A stretch of DNA of 49,364 nucleotides from Planctomycetota bacterium. Its GTDB lineage: Bacteria; Planctomycetota; UBA11346. Positions 48,713 through 49,364 of the stretch are shown here, in pieces. Where the stretch lies: the NCBI GenBank assembly GCA_038213805.1, contig JBBQSO010000036.1, positions 1-49,364 on the forward strand, in the 5' to 3' direction. The position numbers and the translations under genes are program-made. The first letter of the stretch is position 1. The number at the start of each line of letters is the position of its first letter. The notes below the pieces were generated by a model. That model saw nothing but the letters and a program-made list of their open reading frames with translations. It ran no database searches and was not told the origin of the DNA.

Positions 48713-49364
48713 TCAGCGCCCCTGCTCAAGCTCCGCGATCCGCCACTCCGCGAGCCGCAGCGGCACCGGATCCGCCATGTATCCGCGCTGCCACACCGGG
48801 ATCGCCAACCACGCCTTCCACGCCGCGATCGCCCGCTGGCGGTCGTGCACGCACTCGGCGGCGATGGCTTTGCAGAGGTTCAGATCGGCCATCGCGAAGA
48901 CGCGATGGGGTTGCGCCAGGAACTGCGCGTCGGTCATGCGGCCGAGCAGCCATTCCGCGCGGTGCCAGGGCTTCTGCTGCCACTGCCAGCGCAAGGTCCT
49001 GTCGATTTCTGCTGACGCACGCGTCACCGCCCCGCCCTCGCCGGCCAGCTCATGCAGGAAGGGCAAGATGAGGAAGTGGTGGAGATCGAAACCGTAGTCG
49101 CGATACGGCACCAGCCAGGCATCATGCGGGTGCTCCATGGAGAGCGGGCGCTCTCCGGTGGCGAACAGCTGCCAGGCGCTCGTCTGATCGCCGCGCTTGA
49201 AGGCCTCCAGTCCCAGCAGGTGACGCGGCCACATGCGCATGAAATGATCGTCGTGAAAGCGCTCGTAAGCCTCCTGGTCCTGGCCGGTCGCCATCAGCAC
49301 CTCGACGCTGTGCTGCTGGCCGGCATCGGCAAACTCGCGCGATCGCCCGGAGAGCGTCATCGCC
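48713..49364 (-). CDS. C-terminal part of a hypothetical alpha-helical protein (5' end outside window)
   Basis: Frame open to the right edge with high GC3; helical Trp-rich segment WHRAEWLLGRMTDAQFLAQPHR...WKAWLAIP. Confidence 0.7.
   Translation of the reverse strand, partial: AMTLSGRSREFADAGQQHSVEVLMATGQDQEAYERFHDDHFMRMWPRHLLGLEAFKRGDQTSAWQLFATGERPLSMEHPHDAWLVPYRDYGFDLHHFLILPFLHELAGEGGAVTRASAEIDRTLRWQWQQKPWHRAEWLLGRMTDAQFLAQPHRVFAMADLNLCKAIAAECVHDRQRAIAAWKAWLAIPVWQRGYMADPVPLRLAEWRIAELEQGR

Overview
GC-rich bacterial DNA, most likely Planctomycetota/PVC, inferred from the DUF1552/DUF1592 pair, a Rhodopirellula/Verrucomicrobium-type ECF sigma plus FecR, DUF1080 and TIGR03790. This is an accessory region rich in secreted and lipoprotein glycan-active or surface proteins. 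The first 8.2 kb is one minus-strand ORF of at least 2743 aa that runs off the left edge and is missing from the ORF track: a multi-module autotransporter-repeat adhesin with inserted PA14 and legume-lectin domains. Other genes include a GH16, a polysaccharide deacetylase, a GH129/GH101-like hydrolase, an SGNH esterase, a Kelch-Ig-3xPA14 protein, a DoxX-like/DUF2071/methyltransferase operon, an ECF sigma-FecR-DUF1552-DUF1592 operon, an orphan PAS histidine kinase, a YbjT-like protein, a ZIP transporter and a candidate effector/immunity pair at 39017-40710. Several intergenic spaces hold collapsed gene fossils: an orphan Cys-Gly-Leu-Gly C-terminal anchor, a GH16 remnant, a fused remnant of a second sigma/DUF1592 operon, and a RAYT transposase remnant next to 18-bp CAGGACAGG tandem repeats. 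No rRNA, tRNA, CRISPR array or intact transposase was seen. All family calls are by-eye motif recognition, not database searches.
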